Origin: Craspedostauros australis
Lineage: Eukaryota
NCBI GenBank assembly: GCA_030167865.1
Contig: JALAGF010003400.1
Coordinates: 1-64,000, forward strand
Direction of reading: 5' to 3'
DNA length: 64,000 nt
Made by a program: the position numbers and the translations under genes. Shown here piece after piece: positions 44,001 to 56,312 of the stretch. Under the pieces are notes generated by a model. The model saw nothing but the letters and a program-made list of their open reading frames with translations. It was not told the DNA's origin and made no database searches. The first letter of the stretch is position 1, and the number at the start of each line of letters is the position of its first letter.

Positions 44001-44258
44001 GGTATCCTTCGTGGGAGGGTCCATCACATTGTCATCCATGCTTGATTCCTTTGCCTCCTTCATGGTAGCGCCGGGAGCTGCGGTGGCACCGCTCGAGCTA
44101 GACTGTTTCATCTGCTTGAGCTTTCGGGTGGCCTGGACGACGACTTTGGCCTTGCCGGTTCCTTTGGTCATTTCCTTGTTTCCGCGAAGGACGGCGTCGG
44201 TCGTCGCCAGGTTGGCGAAGAGGAGCGCTCCGATGATGGCTGCCTTGAATCTGAACAT
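41016..44258 (-). CDS. Secreted mucin-like modular protein (signal peptide, KxxK/RKL region, PTSA repeat, two homologous Cys-rich domains); about 1080 aa
   Basis: ATG 44258 gives [26 protein letters not shown]. About 210 residues of PTSA/PTAA repeats, and two Cys-rich modules with repeated SCxGxxAC separated by a PSxxPS linker. Intronless. Confidence 0.88.
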   Translation of the reverse strand: MFRFKAAIIGALLFANLATTDAVLRGNKEMTKGTGKAKVVVQATRKLKQMKQSSSSGATAAPGATMKEAKESSMDDNVMDPPTKDTKESSMSESKMAKSGKMDVTSIPTSTPTSVPTAPTAAPTSAPTARPTSFPTSAPTRSPTSAPTSAPTSAPTSAPTSAPTSAPTSAPTSAPTSAPTSAPTSAPTSAPTAPTAAPTSAPTAPTAAPTSAPTSAPTSAPTSAPTSAPTSAPTSAPTSAPTSAPTSAPTSAPTSAPTSAPTSAPTSAPTSAPTAAPTSAPTAAPVTAPTSAPTSNPTALPTSNPTALPTSNPTAAPTQFDSTILVTCLPDSGTPANTDFRTVFCNAEKASCRETVAAVRRDTDLQTFFGCAGDLSEGAARVLFNRYASNPMLAEELTLLADAGTELVTALEGADIMAACAGSCCAAAADCTTSSTTPQYMTIALSACTGTTPCANMGPNPLILDSSCTGDDACLNANQNDAVPVIAGVTFIGQVSCTSEDSCTNLASFTYGDLTVQNGACLGPNACADAASRIPQTTFIRVQNNVDIGANSCTGASACQFAHASVVMPPGTGGKQMGSLIIGDGSCTAGGSCFELGFSNTMNTDVVIPPLTCLIATSCTQCAQIGNCAGDEVYVISDSTLACPKDSGDNPTSIIVNSFCANKNTQPTDCPTFAPTPLASGVPSVLPSEMPSLGPTTTPSASPSDIPSVLPSISPSNFPSKLPSQGPTVNPTDAPTINKSRLQVGCLNPPGNMGTFTTAPTPVEVLCDDDVGTCTDFINNINSLTAPQANMLQSIFGCDSTLAPIATVDIPQLRFDAIKNDPEITAALFTAVSSGGELFTANDFTTACTGEACCATPGTDCTTQAGEVITMSPGSCAGGSSCANLAPNAIILGSCLEANSCENLGSFTPDQPNMLASLGPKVIGPAACTNVNSCMGAGVNIYGTFRIQNSGCNGIDGCLMLGARSNQPTAVVSPQQADIIIGVNACQGNMACRNAHRGDGKTVGDLLVGTGSCMGMGSCDGLANSDNARNDLVVADGICVAATPCAMCVAQDMCSMNFLETYTITDASTDCTAPNASACA
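43305..43946 (-). repeat. Coding tandem repeat, mainly 12-bp units encoding Pro-Thr-Ser-Ala
   Basis: Degenerate GGTGCGGAAGTT-like units on the + strand with varied synonymous positions. Confidence 0.92.
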
Positions 44259-45806
44259 GTTTGCTTTCTGCGTCTGCGATGCTTGATAAGCTATGAAGTT
44301 TGGTTGGCTGCGTGGTGTGCGTTGTGCGATTGCGGCTGCTTTGTGTTGTGGAGACGAGGAGCGTAGGATTGCGAACAAGCGTGAGCGAATGAACAGAGAT
44401 TAGAGTTGTCATCGAGATGACAGACCAGCGAGCTGGAAAATGATGTGCCGTGCTGCGACAAGGTTAGCACAAGCCAAGGGGAGCGATCCGTCGGTTTCCA
44501 TGCATCCAGCATTAAGTCTCGGAGCGGAAGGAAGGAATGGGCAGCACAGCACAGCACACGCGCAGCATGGTGGCGATGGTATCGTCATCTTGAAGCTGCC
44601 GTCGACACACCTTTGGAGATTGGATCACGTCGGAACAACTGCGAAATTGTTCGTTCTTGCTTTCCTTTCTTTGGATTTGTTTGCGGTGTAGTCTGTGAAC
44701 CTGTTGATTTTGTGAGAACCTAGAAGTGAAGAGGGCGGGAGGGCTTCCAACATCGGATGGGACTATGCTTCTTGCATGCGTCCTTCCAACCACAGCCCTC
44801 CCCTTGTTGACTGGTGGCACATTGCCATGCGTCGGAGCATAGTATGATGCCCAAGTCTTGTTCGTTGGTGCGACTGCGACATGGCTGTCGTGTGTGCGCA
44901 CGATATCTCTGTGATTTGCAATTCATCTGCAGGGACTCGCTGCCATAGCAAGTCTTGCTCCGAGTCGTCCATGGGACACATGGAAGTAGGGCGTTGGCCG
45001 AATCTGTCCACCTCTTGGGTTTGGCATCTTCGTTTGCTGTGTTGATGCGACGCCTCATCGCATCGTGTCGTGGCGCTTCATTTTTCGTCGGGTGTTCGAC
45101 GAACGCGATGGACAGAGAAATCGAAAAAACGCGTTGGGCCGTTTGGTTGTGTGACAACATTTTGTGACCGTTGTGCTCTCAATTTTGTGTTGGAGACAAG
45201 AATACCGAAGGCGGACAGACGAGTTTTTCGCGCCATTTTGATGTTGTTTGCCAGCAAGGCTACCATTGAAGCTAGAGATAAAATCGTGGATGCAATCTTC
45301 GTGATGGCATGGAGGCATGATGGGGATGGTGGATTCTCCAGTTGACATCAAGCATGTATAGGTCATAAGAGGTTAATTTTATTTCCTCCAGGAGCACGCA
45401 GCTGAGATATGTGATTTCCTGTTGTGCTGATCGCCGGAAGTGTTGAGACAACAGTCCCTTATGTTTCCGGGATGTTTGAGGAATGAGCTGTTCTGCGGAT
45501 ATGATTTCTTTGTCGGAATGGCTGCCCCTCTCAGTGGATATCAATGTTGTTCCACCCTTGGAGAATGAAAGAGATCCGAAGGGCCTTCCCTCTCTCTATC
45601 TCGTTTGATTTGCCACCAAGGCGCTGAGTTGGGGCTGACCCAAAGCAAGGCAATTCTTAACCACCTATTTTGTTTCTGTTAAACACATCGGTTCTCTCCA
45701 TGACGAATCGTCGAATCTCGAACAAACTCCGTGCTCTTGCAACGCCTGTTCCGCTCCGCTCCACTGTCGCATGCTGTGTGATGCCGCAATCTTGCAGTGC
45801 CAGGCA

Positions 45807-46789
45807 CTACAGTCTGGATCGCATGACGATTGCATTTGACGATTGTTGCGCTGGTGCGCTGCCACCGGGCAGCCCCTGCACCACCGAGATGGCACCGGCG
45901 TACTTGATGATAGTCCGTGCGATCCATATGGATATCGGGTCCTCGGTCTGCCCATCGCTGTGCCCTTCCATCCCAAGAAGGTAATCGACCACGAGAATGA
46001 CGGACGGGTTGCATTGATAGGCGCGATAGCGACGGCTGCCAAGAGAGGATGCCGACAAGATGAGCATCGGCATGGAGATTTCTTGTGCAATCTCCTGCAA
46101 ATCAGGACCGATAGCTACGATTCCCACCGGATGCTTCCATTGCTCCCGTTCTTGCTGATGATTGGCATTCGCATATGCGTTCGAAAGGTATTCCATTGTA
46201 TGGTTGCATCCAGAGAAGCAGGTCCAGAGCACGAAGCATCGTGTAGGGCATCGTTCTTGGATTGCTTGGCTGTTTTCTCGCAGCGCAAGGAGACAACGGC
46301 GCAATGTGAGAATGCTATTTGAATCGCGGAGTGTTCGAACAGAGGAAACACAAGGCGCGCACTCGATGCAACAACATGAGTTGATGAATCTGCGCGCGTG
46401 TGAATGATGCTTGCGCGCAACTTTCACCACAGCCAAAGGATGAATGACCGTGTCAACCCTTCCCTGCACACTCCGGAAACCAGGACTCACCGCGTTTCCT
46501 GCCATGGGCTGCCATCGTTGACTTGGATGGCGATCATGCCAACGCCCTCATTGCAGCACATTGATGAGACGCAGTCCTCCGTGCGGGCGCACTCCTTCTC
46601 GCAGCCTTCCTTCCGCACGAACACGACGGTCGGAACGCCGCCCCGATGCGATGCCGTGGGCGCGCTCTGCCTCGATTTTTCCATGATGGCACGTGAGAAG
46701 CGCGCATCGATGTTGCGCTGCAGCACCGCGGACATCAGCGAGCAGATGCGTTCATTTGACGACGTTCGTTGGGCGTAAACGTTCCGCAT
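45807..46789 (-). CDS. Putative divergent alpha/beta-hydrolase-fold protein; exons 46789-46491 and 46269-45807; about 253 aa
   Basis: Strong donor gtgagt at 46490 and an in-frame acceptor aaacag at 46270. The product shows ordered strand-like motifs VPTVVFV, VGMIAIQV, FVLWTCFSGC, PVGIVAIGP and ISMPMLIL. Confidence 0.45.
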
Positions 46790-47177
46790 GGATATGCACT
46801 GTCATCCGATGCCTTCCTTCTTGGGCGATTGCACTCTGCGGCAAGCCGTTGTGTTGATCTTTGTTCTGTGTTCCTTGTTCCCTTGTTGCGATGCTGCCTT
46901 TCGTTCTGTGTCGAAACAGATCTTCGTGAACAATGCAGACAGATGAGAGAGAAACCAAACACGCTCCACACCTCCTCCATTTCCGCGACGAAAACAACAA
47001 GTGATCCTTCGCTATCGTCTCACAATCATCCAATCCACGGATCATGCCAGATTCACTAGTTTGGAGATTCTCGTACCAGTATATAGTACTAGTATTATAT
47101 GATGAACTACTACAGTCATATTCTATCCTTCGATGGACCTCAATTCGTACCGCTCCTGCTTTGGCGCGTCAATCGTG

Positions 47178-47179
<2 letters not shown>

Positions 47180-47210
<31 letters not shown>
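47180..47210. repeat. (CT)15 microsatellite just after the SMPD4 stop codon
   Basis: Read directly. Confidence 0.9.
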
Positions 47211-47211
<1 letters not shown>

Positions 47212-47215
47212 AGAC

Positions 47216-50016
47216 TCAACCGTAGATACATTGACGCAGCCATCGAAGAAAGAAGAAGACGAGGATCCATCGGTAGTCGGCGAGGAAGCGCAGATTGATG
47301 CGCCAAACTCCAGCATACAAGAGCCACTGGCCGATGGTCTTTAGTGCAATCGCAATTGCGGCCGCCGCATCGCCCTTGTCCTTATCTGCGCGCTCATCGC
47401 CGCGGCCGCCCACGACCTCCTCGTGCAAACCCAAACGCTCGTTGATCGCGTCCGACGCGCGGATCACCCACGGCACGAGGAAGGCCAGCTCGTGGCTTTG
47501 CGGTGGGGCGTAGTACCAATCTCCCTCATCCATATCCAAGGGAGATATCTTGGCAGTGCCGCCCAACAGCTTCAGGCGATCATCGGCAGAAAGAACGCCA
47601 CCGTTCGATCGGTGGACGTTGCCATCACCTGCCCCAGTCGCGCTTCTTGAGATGCTGCCAGAAGTGCCCGCGCCGTCGCTTGCGAGCACTTCGTACCCTG
47701 GCGGGAACGCAACGATGATCTTGGCGCGTGCGACGATGACCGCCAGACTCCTCTCTTCGTACGACATGGCGCCCGTGCTGAAGAAGGTCTGCAGCCGTGC
47801 CTCGATGCGGTCGATGATGCCAAGATCCCGGACCTTCTTTCTGTGCTGCAAATGTGCTTCCTCCAGCAAATTGTGCATGCTCGTCTGCAATGACGTCAAC
47901 GACAGATCCCAACCCTCCAACGGGCAGTGGCATCCCAAGTTGTCTTCGTGCTTCTTCACCAACGACGAGAATCGCGCATTCGATTGGCGCGATGCGAGCA
48001 GTCCGTTCAAGACCGTCACGACCTCTGGGGTGAAGACACGGAACACACGTCTCACAACATTCATAGATCGCCGGAACTCTCGCGGAGAGAAATCAAGTTC
48101 GCGGGCTCTGCGCAAAAACAAAGCGAGCGGTTCGACGTAGAGATGGAGGTTGGCAGCAATGTACGGTTCCCAGGCCGCAGTGAATCGGCTGGCTGCGTTG
48201 GCCTTGGGGTAGATGAGGGTCGACTTTCTGCGCTGGTGCTTGTCCATGGCGCTGGTCACAGAATTGATGATCCCTTCGGCAGTCACTCGGTTGGTTCCTG
48301 CGGTGTTTGCATTGATGAATGAAGGATGGTGCGCAGCAAGAATATTAAGAGAATGGGATGGTGTGACGAAGCAGGCCGAAAGAGAGCGTGAGATCCTGCG
48401 AACAAGGTGTACAAATGCTGTCGCTCATGCTGTCGCTCTTGCTGTTGCTGTTGATTGCAGCGCAAGACATGATGCATTCATCAAAATCTTCATCTTCATC
48501 TCCGGCCGATCGACTTACTGTGGCTGGTGTTCCATGGCTCCAACCAGACCAACCATGCCTCCATGGCAGCGTAGAATGGTGAACCAGATACATGAATCGG
48601 CGCGCGCCGGAATGCTGCTCGGACGTAGTTGTAGAAATGCGGCTGCAGGACCGTCAAGGTGGGAGTGAGGCACCATGTGCTGCCGGTGGCCGCCCAATCG
48701 TTCGCAGCATCCAGAAGCGCACCGTCGGTCACGGCTCTGGCAATCAAATACCGGATGGATCTTCGGATGGTTGCAACCGGGGGATCGTAATTGCATTGCA
48801 CCAGATCGTACGCCATGCTGAGATCGAAGACCTCGACCTGCCGGCGTTGCTGGAAGCGTTGGAATGCCAGCTCGGTGGGTTCCAGACGGTTCATGCCCTG
48901 CATCCAGAGCTCGATGATGAAACGGATGAAGAGCTCTGACGGTCGCTGCAACGTGTCAAATCCGGAGAAGTGCCCCTGCGGGCGGTTGTTGGGGATGAAG
49001 TACTCCAGGTAATCGTAGAACAGGTGCTGATACACGTGGTGTCCGTATTGTTCCGGTCGTCGCTGGCGCCGGGCTGGCCCAAAGTTCTGCGGGGCCATGT
49101 GAACCGGCTGCTTGGCAGGTGGAGGAGACGCAAGCGGGTAGCGTATGTACATCATGAGGTAGTACTCCAGCATGCTGAGCATGATACTGGGATGCTCGTC
49201 CATGAACTTGTCCTTCGACACGTTGGTCGGGGACATGGGAGGGAAGCCGTTCATGTTCATGTTCATGTTCATATTGCTATAGCCCGGACTGAGCTGCAAT
49301 GGACGACGCTGCTGCTCCTTCCTCGAGGCAAGCCGCTGATGGTACGCCCGCAGCTGCATCTGATCCACGGGCCGGACCTTGAGCAGGGAACCGAGCAGAC
49401 GGCTCGCATTCTCGTTCGGCAAGGTGTTGCCCGTCGTCATGCCCGCCATGGCGATCTCCAGCAGGGCCAGCCAGGCCTCCTGGGTTGCACGCGGCAGGGC
49501 ATGGAAAGGGAATGGATATCGCACGTTGGGACGGTGCTCGGCTTCCTTGGAGATGGCCTCGATGAGGGTCTGCAATCGCTGCTGCTGCTGATTCGGGTCT
49601 CTGCGACCTGCGTCGCCGCCCGTCCCCAGCAGCTTGATGACCGGATCCGTCTTGATGGAGTTTGCCTGCGCGGCATGCACGGATTGCGGAACGCCGTATC
49701 GGCGAACGGCCTTCTGCTGGCTGCGAGGTCGCTCCCAGCGCATATCCCTTGAGAACCATCCGCCGGCTGCATGTCGGTACTGGTGTTCGCTGTGTTTACC
49801 ACGATTGCTGTTGTTGGTGTTGCTGGTGTTGCTGGTATTGCCCACCTGCTTGGGGACAGCGCCAAAGGCTCGTTCGCACAGCATGGAGAACAGCCGGAAG
49901 AAGCGCGCCTCCGCAGATGCACCACCCGCGGGCAGCTCCACCTGCACGAACGACAGCATGGCGAGGGCCGCCTCCGACGGGGAGTACGTGGGGGATGTCA
50001 ACGCTTCCTCGAGCAT
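47216..50016 (-). CDS. SMPD4: Sphingomyelin phosphodiesterase 4 (nSMase3/NET13)-like; exons 50016-48519 and 48297-47216; about 859 aa
   Basis: Collinear family motifs LSMLEYYL, YLEYFIP, SELFIRFIIELW, MEAWLVWLEPW, WEPYIAANLHLY, PQSHELAFLV and INLRFLADYR, followed by a hydrophobic tail. Phase-1 gtaagt...cgcag intron. Confidence 0.82.
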
Positions 50017-50850
50017 CGTGGCTGTCGGGTCGTTTGGTTGGTGGCTTGGTTGGTTAGTTGGTCGCTTGGCTGGTCGCTTGGTCGGCGGCAACAATGGTCT
50101 TGGCAATCTTGAGGTTGTGAGGCCTGTCGTTTTCACCTCCGCTGATTCAGTTTCTACCGCAATGCGTCAGAGATGAAGACAGAGAGCTGTTGCTGTCGCC
50201 AGATCGCTGTACCGGGACCGAGATGCTGATGCCAGTGATGGAAGAGTATGGACAGAGCTGATGGGTTGCGAAGTGGTTGGATTTGAAATTGTGGGTTTGC
50301 TCTGTCTCCTTGCCTTGCCTTGGCTCTGGTTGGTTGGTTGGTGGTTTTGGAGGTTTGGATTTGAAATCATCACTCAGCATCGGTTTCAATTATTTCCGTA
50401 TTGCAATGTGCTAAGAATACGGAAACTGAACAATGTCCAAATACTCCAATAGAAACGCAAATGAAGGCTGCGATAGGAGCGCAGAGAGTCACGAATCGCC
50501 ATTTCCCTCCTGCGAACAGCCCAAATCATCTCTCTAATCATACTACTACTAGCACGAGTATTGCGATGAGAGTGGCCCTCTCGGACATACCAATGCCACA
50601 ATACGATCAATAGTTGCGTAGGGCAGTTCATTTGTCCGTCCTATCATCGTCTTGTTGCTTGCAGATTCAAATGGACTCAAGCCGCAAGAGAGGAGATTGG
50701 CAGAGCATATCATCACATCGAAGTTGAAGAGGACGTAAAGTATCTGTATGGTACAAACATGGCGTTGTTAATATTATAGAATGCAGAGTAGGATAGATTT
50801 TCGACCCGTTGCTTTCAGTTTGAACATGAGATTCATCTTCCTCTTCATGG

Positions 50851-53255
50851 CTACAGCACAAACAAGACGGCAACGGCGCTCATGCAGCATGTCACGAAGG
50901 GAACCACCCTCGTCCACGTCGCGGCGTCGCTCGAGTTGCCGGAACAGGCATCGACCTGCGATGTGGAACCGACGGCGGAGCATTCCATCCCGACGGCAAC
51001 AGCCGCAGCACCGGCCGCGGATGCGACCGTCTGCGCACCATCCCGCACCAGGGGTATTCCGTCATTGACGATCATGTTTTCTTCCAGCACGGATGCGGCG
51101 TTTTCATCGGACGCCCGGATGATGGGGATGGCGGCCAGCGCGTACACTTCTCCCAAAGCCAGCGACTGCGAACCGGACGACGATGGTGCGTCCACGTTGT
51201 CGATGGCGTACCGAATGATGCTCTGCAGCAACGGAATCATGATGGTGCTCTTGATCTGCTCCCCCGTGCGTTCCAAGTTGTCACAATTCTCCGCGTCGAT
51301 CTCGCCGCGTCCCGCAAACAGCAGATCCTCCAGCCTGGCACCGACCTGCGAATATCCCTTCGAGTTGGTGGTCTGGAATTGGAAGGCCCGTCGGTTAGCC
51401 AGGCTCCAGACGAGCTGACCGTCCTCGACATCCGGGGAGCCGCCTTCGCTGGGTCCTTCCAACGACCCGATGAGCAGCGCCGCAACCTCGTCCCAGGGAT
51501 GCGTGAGATCGTACTCGTCGTTCGTGTCCTCTCCCCTGCAGGCGCTGACGGCCTCGTTGATCTGTGCGATGGCGTGGAGGTAGAGGACGTGGAAGGCTGC
51601 CGTTTCAGCCACGACCACTGAGCGCTGGCTGATCGACGATGCCCACTTATCCTGTCCATCAAGTGCTTTGCGGATGGCGTCGTCGGCGTAGTTGGGGTTG
51701 TTGTAGTACTCCACGTAGTTGGTGTAGATGGGATCGGCGTTCTTTCGCGATGTCGACACGGCAAAGTCTGCGAGAGAGTAGAATGCGAAGGGATCGTTGG
51801 GGCTGTCACGTTGCACCGGTGAGTTGCGTCCGTATTCGTAAAGATATTTGGCAAAGCGGAAGCGTTCCAACGACGTGAGGATGCGCAATTGCAGCACGTC
51901 CAAATCAATACGTGAGACCTGCGGGATGGTTGAAAGAGTGGATGGCGGATGGTGGATCGACGAAGGATAGGATGTAGCGTAGAGCATTGTTAGAGTAGAA
52001 CAGGATTATTGCGTGAGCGTAGTGTGGATGGCAACGCATGAGAAGGGAGCATGAAATAAAATTCAACATAAGGCAACAATGTTCAATGCAATAATATTCA
52101 ATGCAATAATATTCCATGCGCGCCGATAAAAGCAGGACTTACCGGATGAACGGCGCTGGTCGGCGTGTACTGCGCCATGGCCGGTTGCAGCAGCGGATTG
52201 GGACACATGGGAACATCGACCGTCGTGCTGGGCGTGTAGGTGCCGATATCCTGGCACGTGAATCCAAGACAAGGATAGATGGATTGCAGATCGTCGAGAA
52301 TGATCTTGGAACGCTGAAAGTTGACGTTGCCGACCAGCAATGCTTCATTCAACTTCTTGAAGACGCTGGGCCGACATTGCGATACCTGCGGCACGACGGC
52401 CAGCGCATAGAGCTGCACGGCCGCCGCGTCCTGCTGCGCGATAGCGTCGATGAGCATTTGCATGAGGGGGATATTCATTTGCGCGATGATCTGATGTGCG
52501 ATGGTCCACAGACGTCGCGGCGAATCCGGTGTCTCCCTTGTGCAGGCCGTGTCGACGCTGAGCAAAGCCGCGCCCTCCTGGTAGAGAAGCTTGATGTTCT
52601 TGTTGGCATTGCTCTCAGTGGGCGTGGCCGCGAATTTGGCATCGGCCGTCTGCGCCAATCCGTAGAGGGAGTGTCTTGTGTCGCTGCCGATCCAGAGCGC
52701 GATGAACTCGTCCATGCCTCCGCCATCGAGATGGAACTGTCCCGGGTTGTCGGCGATGGCCATCTTGTTGCAGACATCGAAGCCGTCCATGAGTAGGTGC
52801 GTTCCGTAAATCCACATGATGAGGGCGACGACTGCGTCCGGGCCTCGCGTGCCGCCGGCCTGCGTCGCCTGCGTGATGAAGCTGTCGGCGTAGAAGGCGT
52901 TGTTGTTGAGCTTGGTGGGATCCGTGGATCTGTCGCTGAGGCCGTATAGATGGAACATGTAGTTGGGCGTTCCTGCCGATCCCTCGCGCGCCAGCTCCTG
53001 GTTGAGGCTTCGCAGAGCGTACTTGATGCTCTTGCGCTTCTCCGAGTTGCGGCCGTTGTTGTAGACATCGAGGGCATCGCCGGCACCATTCTCGTTGGTC
53101 AGGAACTGTCGCATGTCACGGACGTCGAGGGAGAGTGCGGCCAGGTAGTCCACATTGACCCTCGTGGTGACGCCGTTTCCCAACTCCGTCCCCTGCGACG
53201 AAGCGCTCCCAATGAGCACGGCAAGCAGCGCGGCGGTCGTCAGTGCGAACTTCAT
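50851..53255 (-). CDS. Two-domain FEA1/ISIP2-like (low-iron-inducible family) cell-surface protein; exons 53255-52143 and 51918-50851; about 726 aa
   Basis: Signal peptide MKFALTTAALLAVLIGSASS. Duplicated motifs LSLDV/IDLDV, YNNGRNS/YEYGRNS, MDEFIALWIG/WDEVAALLIGSLEG and IPLMQ/IPLLQ. Hydrophobic C-terminal tail; phase-0 intron. Confidence 0.78.
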
Positions 53256-53392
53256 TGTGCGACTTAGTATTGTATGTTGTGTGTTGCGTATTGTGTATTG
53301 AGTATTGTGGCTGCTCTTTCGATATTGTTGCTTCCTGGGGTTGCTTCTTCTATGCTGCCTCTTTGATGACTTGCTCAATCAATTGGTGTGAT

Positions 53393-53420
53393 TGTGTTGT
53401 GTTGTGTTGTGTTGTGTTGT
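53393..53420. repeat. (TGTGT/GTGTT)n pentanucleotide microsatellite upstream of the FEA1-like gene
   Basis: About five GTGTT units read directly. Confidence 0.8.
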
Positions 53421-55044
53421 GGAGGAGAGCAGAGTACTCTTTGGTGCTTGGAGGCTTGTGCCTTGGACGGACGAGCAATGAATACGAATCCTGGACAACA
53501 CTGCCGCCACACTTTCGAATCGAGGAGAGTCCTGATGGATGACTTGTTCCCTTTACTCGCACGAGCATGTACAAGTATGTTCGAGTATGTATGAGCTATG
53601 CTACGTATGGCGGACGAGGGCAAGCACACTTTGGTTTGCTCCTTGATGGAGATGCTGAAAGGACGGAAACGAACGACACTCTCCACACGAATGTCATCGC
53701 CAGCGGTAACCCAGAGACGCAGGCAACGACCAACCACCAACCACCAGCAACATGCAAGGCTGCTACCACAACACCACACGCAAACAGCCCAACACATCGC
53801 GAGTCGTTCACTTCTTCCGTTTGGTTTTCCGTGTTGGAGGCACCTTGTGCGTGACCGAGAATGCGCGTGAAGCACGAATGCTCTTGTGACCGGAACGACA
53901 CTCAATCGTGTTGCGCCACTTCATTTTCGTCGACTCGGCTGAATCCAACGGTCACAACGAACCTCATTTTTGACTAGTGCGATCACAAGGGCAGCTCCAC
54001 TGACACATTCGTGACTTATCAAGACATCGTTTCCCGTTTCATTCCAAAATTGTCTCGTGTTAACCGTTTGTAACCGTACAAATCAATAAAGAGAAAACAC
54101 ACACTTTTGCGCGACTCCAAAGCACGCGCGACGGTTTCGGACACGGAGGTGCGGAAGAAGACACGAGAACAGCAACGGTCTTCTGCCCGAAAGGTCACCC
54201 ACGAACAAACGAAAAAATCGTCAACGACAAAACTAACCGCGATGGCAACGCGTCGCACGCCATTCCAGCGTTGCCGAAAGCAGCCAACGACATCGGAAAC
54301 GGCGGAAAGGGTCGCTCTCGGAGAGTATTGGTAATCGTTGATCGTACACTGGAAGTGCACCACAACATCAGCAAACCCAAATACTTCTGCAATCTTCACC
54401 AAACGAAGTTGCATCATTCGGCGACACAAGACAGGAACACTTTGCGCCATTGTCCAATTGTGCATCTATCTATTCGTACTCGTGTCCACCGATCCATCCA
54501 TCCATCCATCTCTGGCCATCACTCCCACTCCCACTATCACTATCCATCCCATCACAATAATACTAATAATCGCACTCCGCCCAACTCTCCCGTGAAAAGG
54601 CAAGTGAGGAATCAAACAAGCCCCTTTCCTTCCTTTCCTTCTTCCGAAGCTGACGCGGCACAAACGCACATCCACCGGCATCCGCGGACCGCAAACAACT
54701 ACTCTGCTCCCGGAAGCAATTCAGTCTCGTCGTTCTTGGCATCAAGCAAGGGTCATCGCGACGGACTTCCGCTGCCTTACGATCCATTCCATTCCATTAC
54801 ATGATAATACTTGACTGCACTCCACAAGTACGATCTATTCTGGTTCGTTGTGAGGTCACCAACTGACGTAGGTAGCCCCAGCAACTTGACACACAAACGC
54901 TCAACAAGCCATCCTCACAAAGCAGAGCAGAGCCGACCAACAACACATCCAGACAACTCAAAGGCAAGAGGCCAACCACCACAAGAGGCGACACACAATA
55001 CATAATATTTTACATTGTATTATAATAGAATAAGCAGATCCAAG

Positions 55045-55599
55045 ATGCCATCACCAACAGCAGAACAAGCGCAGGAGCAGCAGCAGCAGCAACACCAACA
55101 ACAGCAGCAACAGCAGAGCCTGCTGGGATCCACAAAGGTCATCCAGAAACTCTACGATCAGGAAATAATGCTGGAGATCGACCCGTCGATCGCCGGCGGA
55201 TTCGTTTCGCTGCTGGGCGGCGTGCCATCGGCCAACGCAGCACCCGCCGCCGACATCAACCTCAGCTTCCTCGCGCTGACGGAAGGCAACGTCCTCGATG
55301 CATGCTTCGGCGTCCAGAATGCCAGCGCCAGGCGGACCAAGGATACGGTGGCCTCCAAAAAGTCAAAACAGGGCAAGGAGATACTGGCCGACGCGGCCTA
55401 CGTCAACGACGACTTCAAGACCATCGCCGTGGCGGGATACAGGGACGCCTTCCGGGCGGTCGTCGCGTACCACAAAGAAATGAGCAAGCTCAATTGCTTC
55501 ACGGCGTGTATCAAGTCTGGTAAGATCCGCAAGAAGGCGATGGCCAACCTCAAGGTCGCTCTGTTGGCCGTCGCCGAAGCTGTCGAAGAGACGCCATGA
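55045..55599 (+). CDS. Hypothetical protein, about 184 aa, with N-terminal poly-Q
   Basis: ATG at 55045 after a CA-rich leader; GC3-rich coding-like codon use; no family recognised. Confidence 0.7.
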   Translation: MPSPTAEQAQEQQQQQHQQQQQQQSLLGSTKVIQKLYDQEIMLEIDPSIAGGFVSLLGGVPSANAAPAADINLSFLALTEGNVLDACFGVQNASARRTKDTVASKKSKQGKEILADAAYVNDDFKTIAVAGYRDAFRAVVAYHKEMSKLNCFTACIKSGKIRKKAMANLKVALLAVAEAVEETP

Positions 55600-56312
55600 T
55601 GCCCAAGCGAGCGCGAAGGGATGGCATCAAAACTGACAAGGGAGTTGGTTGACGGTTGTCGTGCATGCGACTAGCAGTCGTACGACAACCACATGCAGGC
55701 CATTGGGATCAGGCCATTTCGGCGTTGGATTGTCAGCGCCGACGAAGAGTTAAAACACAGAAAGATACGACGACGAAGCAGAACAAACCCAATCTCGCCG
55801 TGGAGACGGAGGACAATACCATACCTGCGACATCCTGCATACCTCCCCTTGCAGCCATCAATCATCATCCGGGCACACGCAAACGCTTTGGTTGCGCCGG
55901 GTTGCATCTTGGCACTTCGTCAGACCAAAGTACGAACGAGCATGTGGCACCGAACACAGCAGACTGGATTGTGCCACAGTCGCACAATTATCCAAGTACA
56001 CCATGCAACACCCATAATCTTGTTTGGGTTTCCAAAGAGAATGCAATCGACTACTCTGTCCCTGCGCCAGAGCATACGAGACTGTTCAAACGCAACAGCC
56101 CATACGCCATGTACCATATCCCATCGATAATCACTCACTCCCCACAAGGAAGAACTGTAGAAAAATGAAGCAGAGAAAGCAAAGCAACTCACCAGCATCG
56201 ACCGCAATAACGACAGCTGAATCAACAACATATCTACTCTATAGAGACATACATATAATAGCATACGACTGACATTCCCAGCACTGCGGTACTTTCTATG
56301 GCGTCGCAGTTA

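Noticed and set aside
52078-52118. 15-bp AT-rich tandem repeat (AATGCAATAATATTC) inside the FEA1-like intron
   Set aside because: Only 2-3 copies; looks like ordinary slippage, with no snoRNA boxes or clear structure.
53256-54100. Diatom iron-responsive promoter motif upstream of the FEA1-like gene
   Set aside because: No clean CACGTGC-type match was found by eye.
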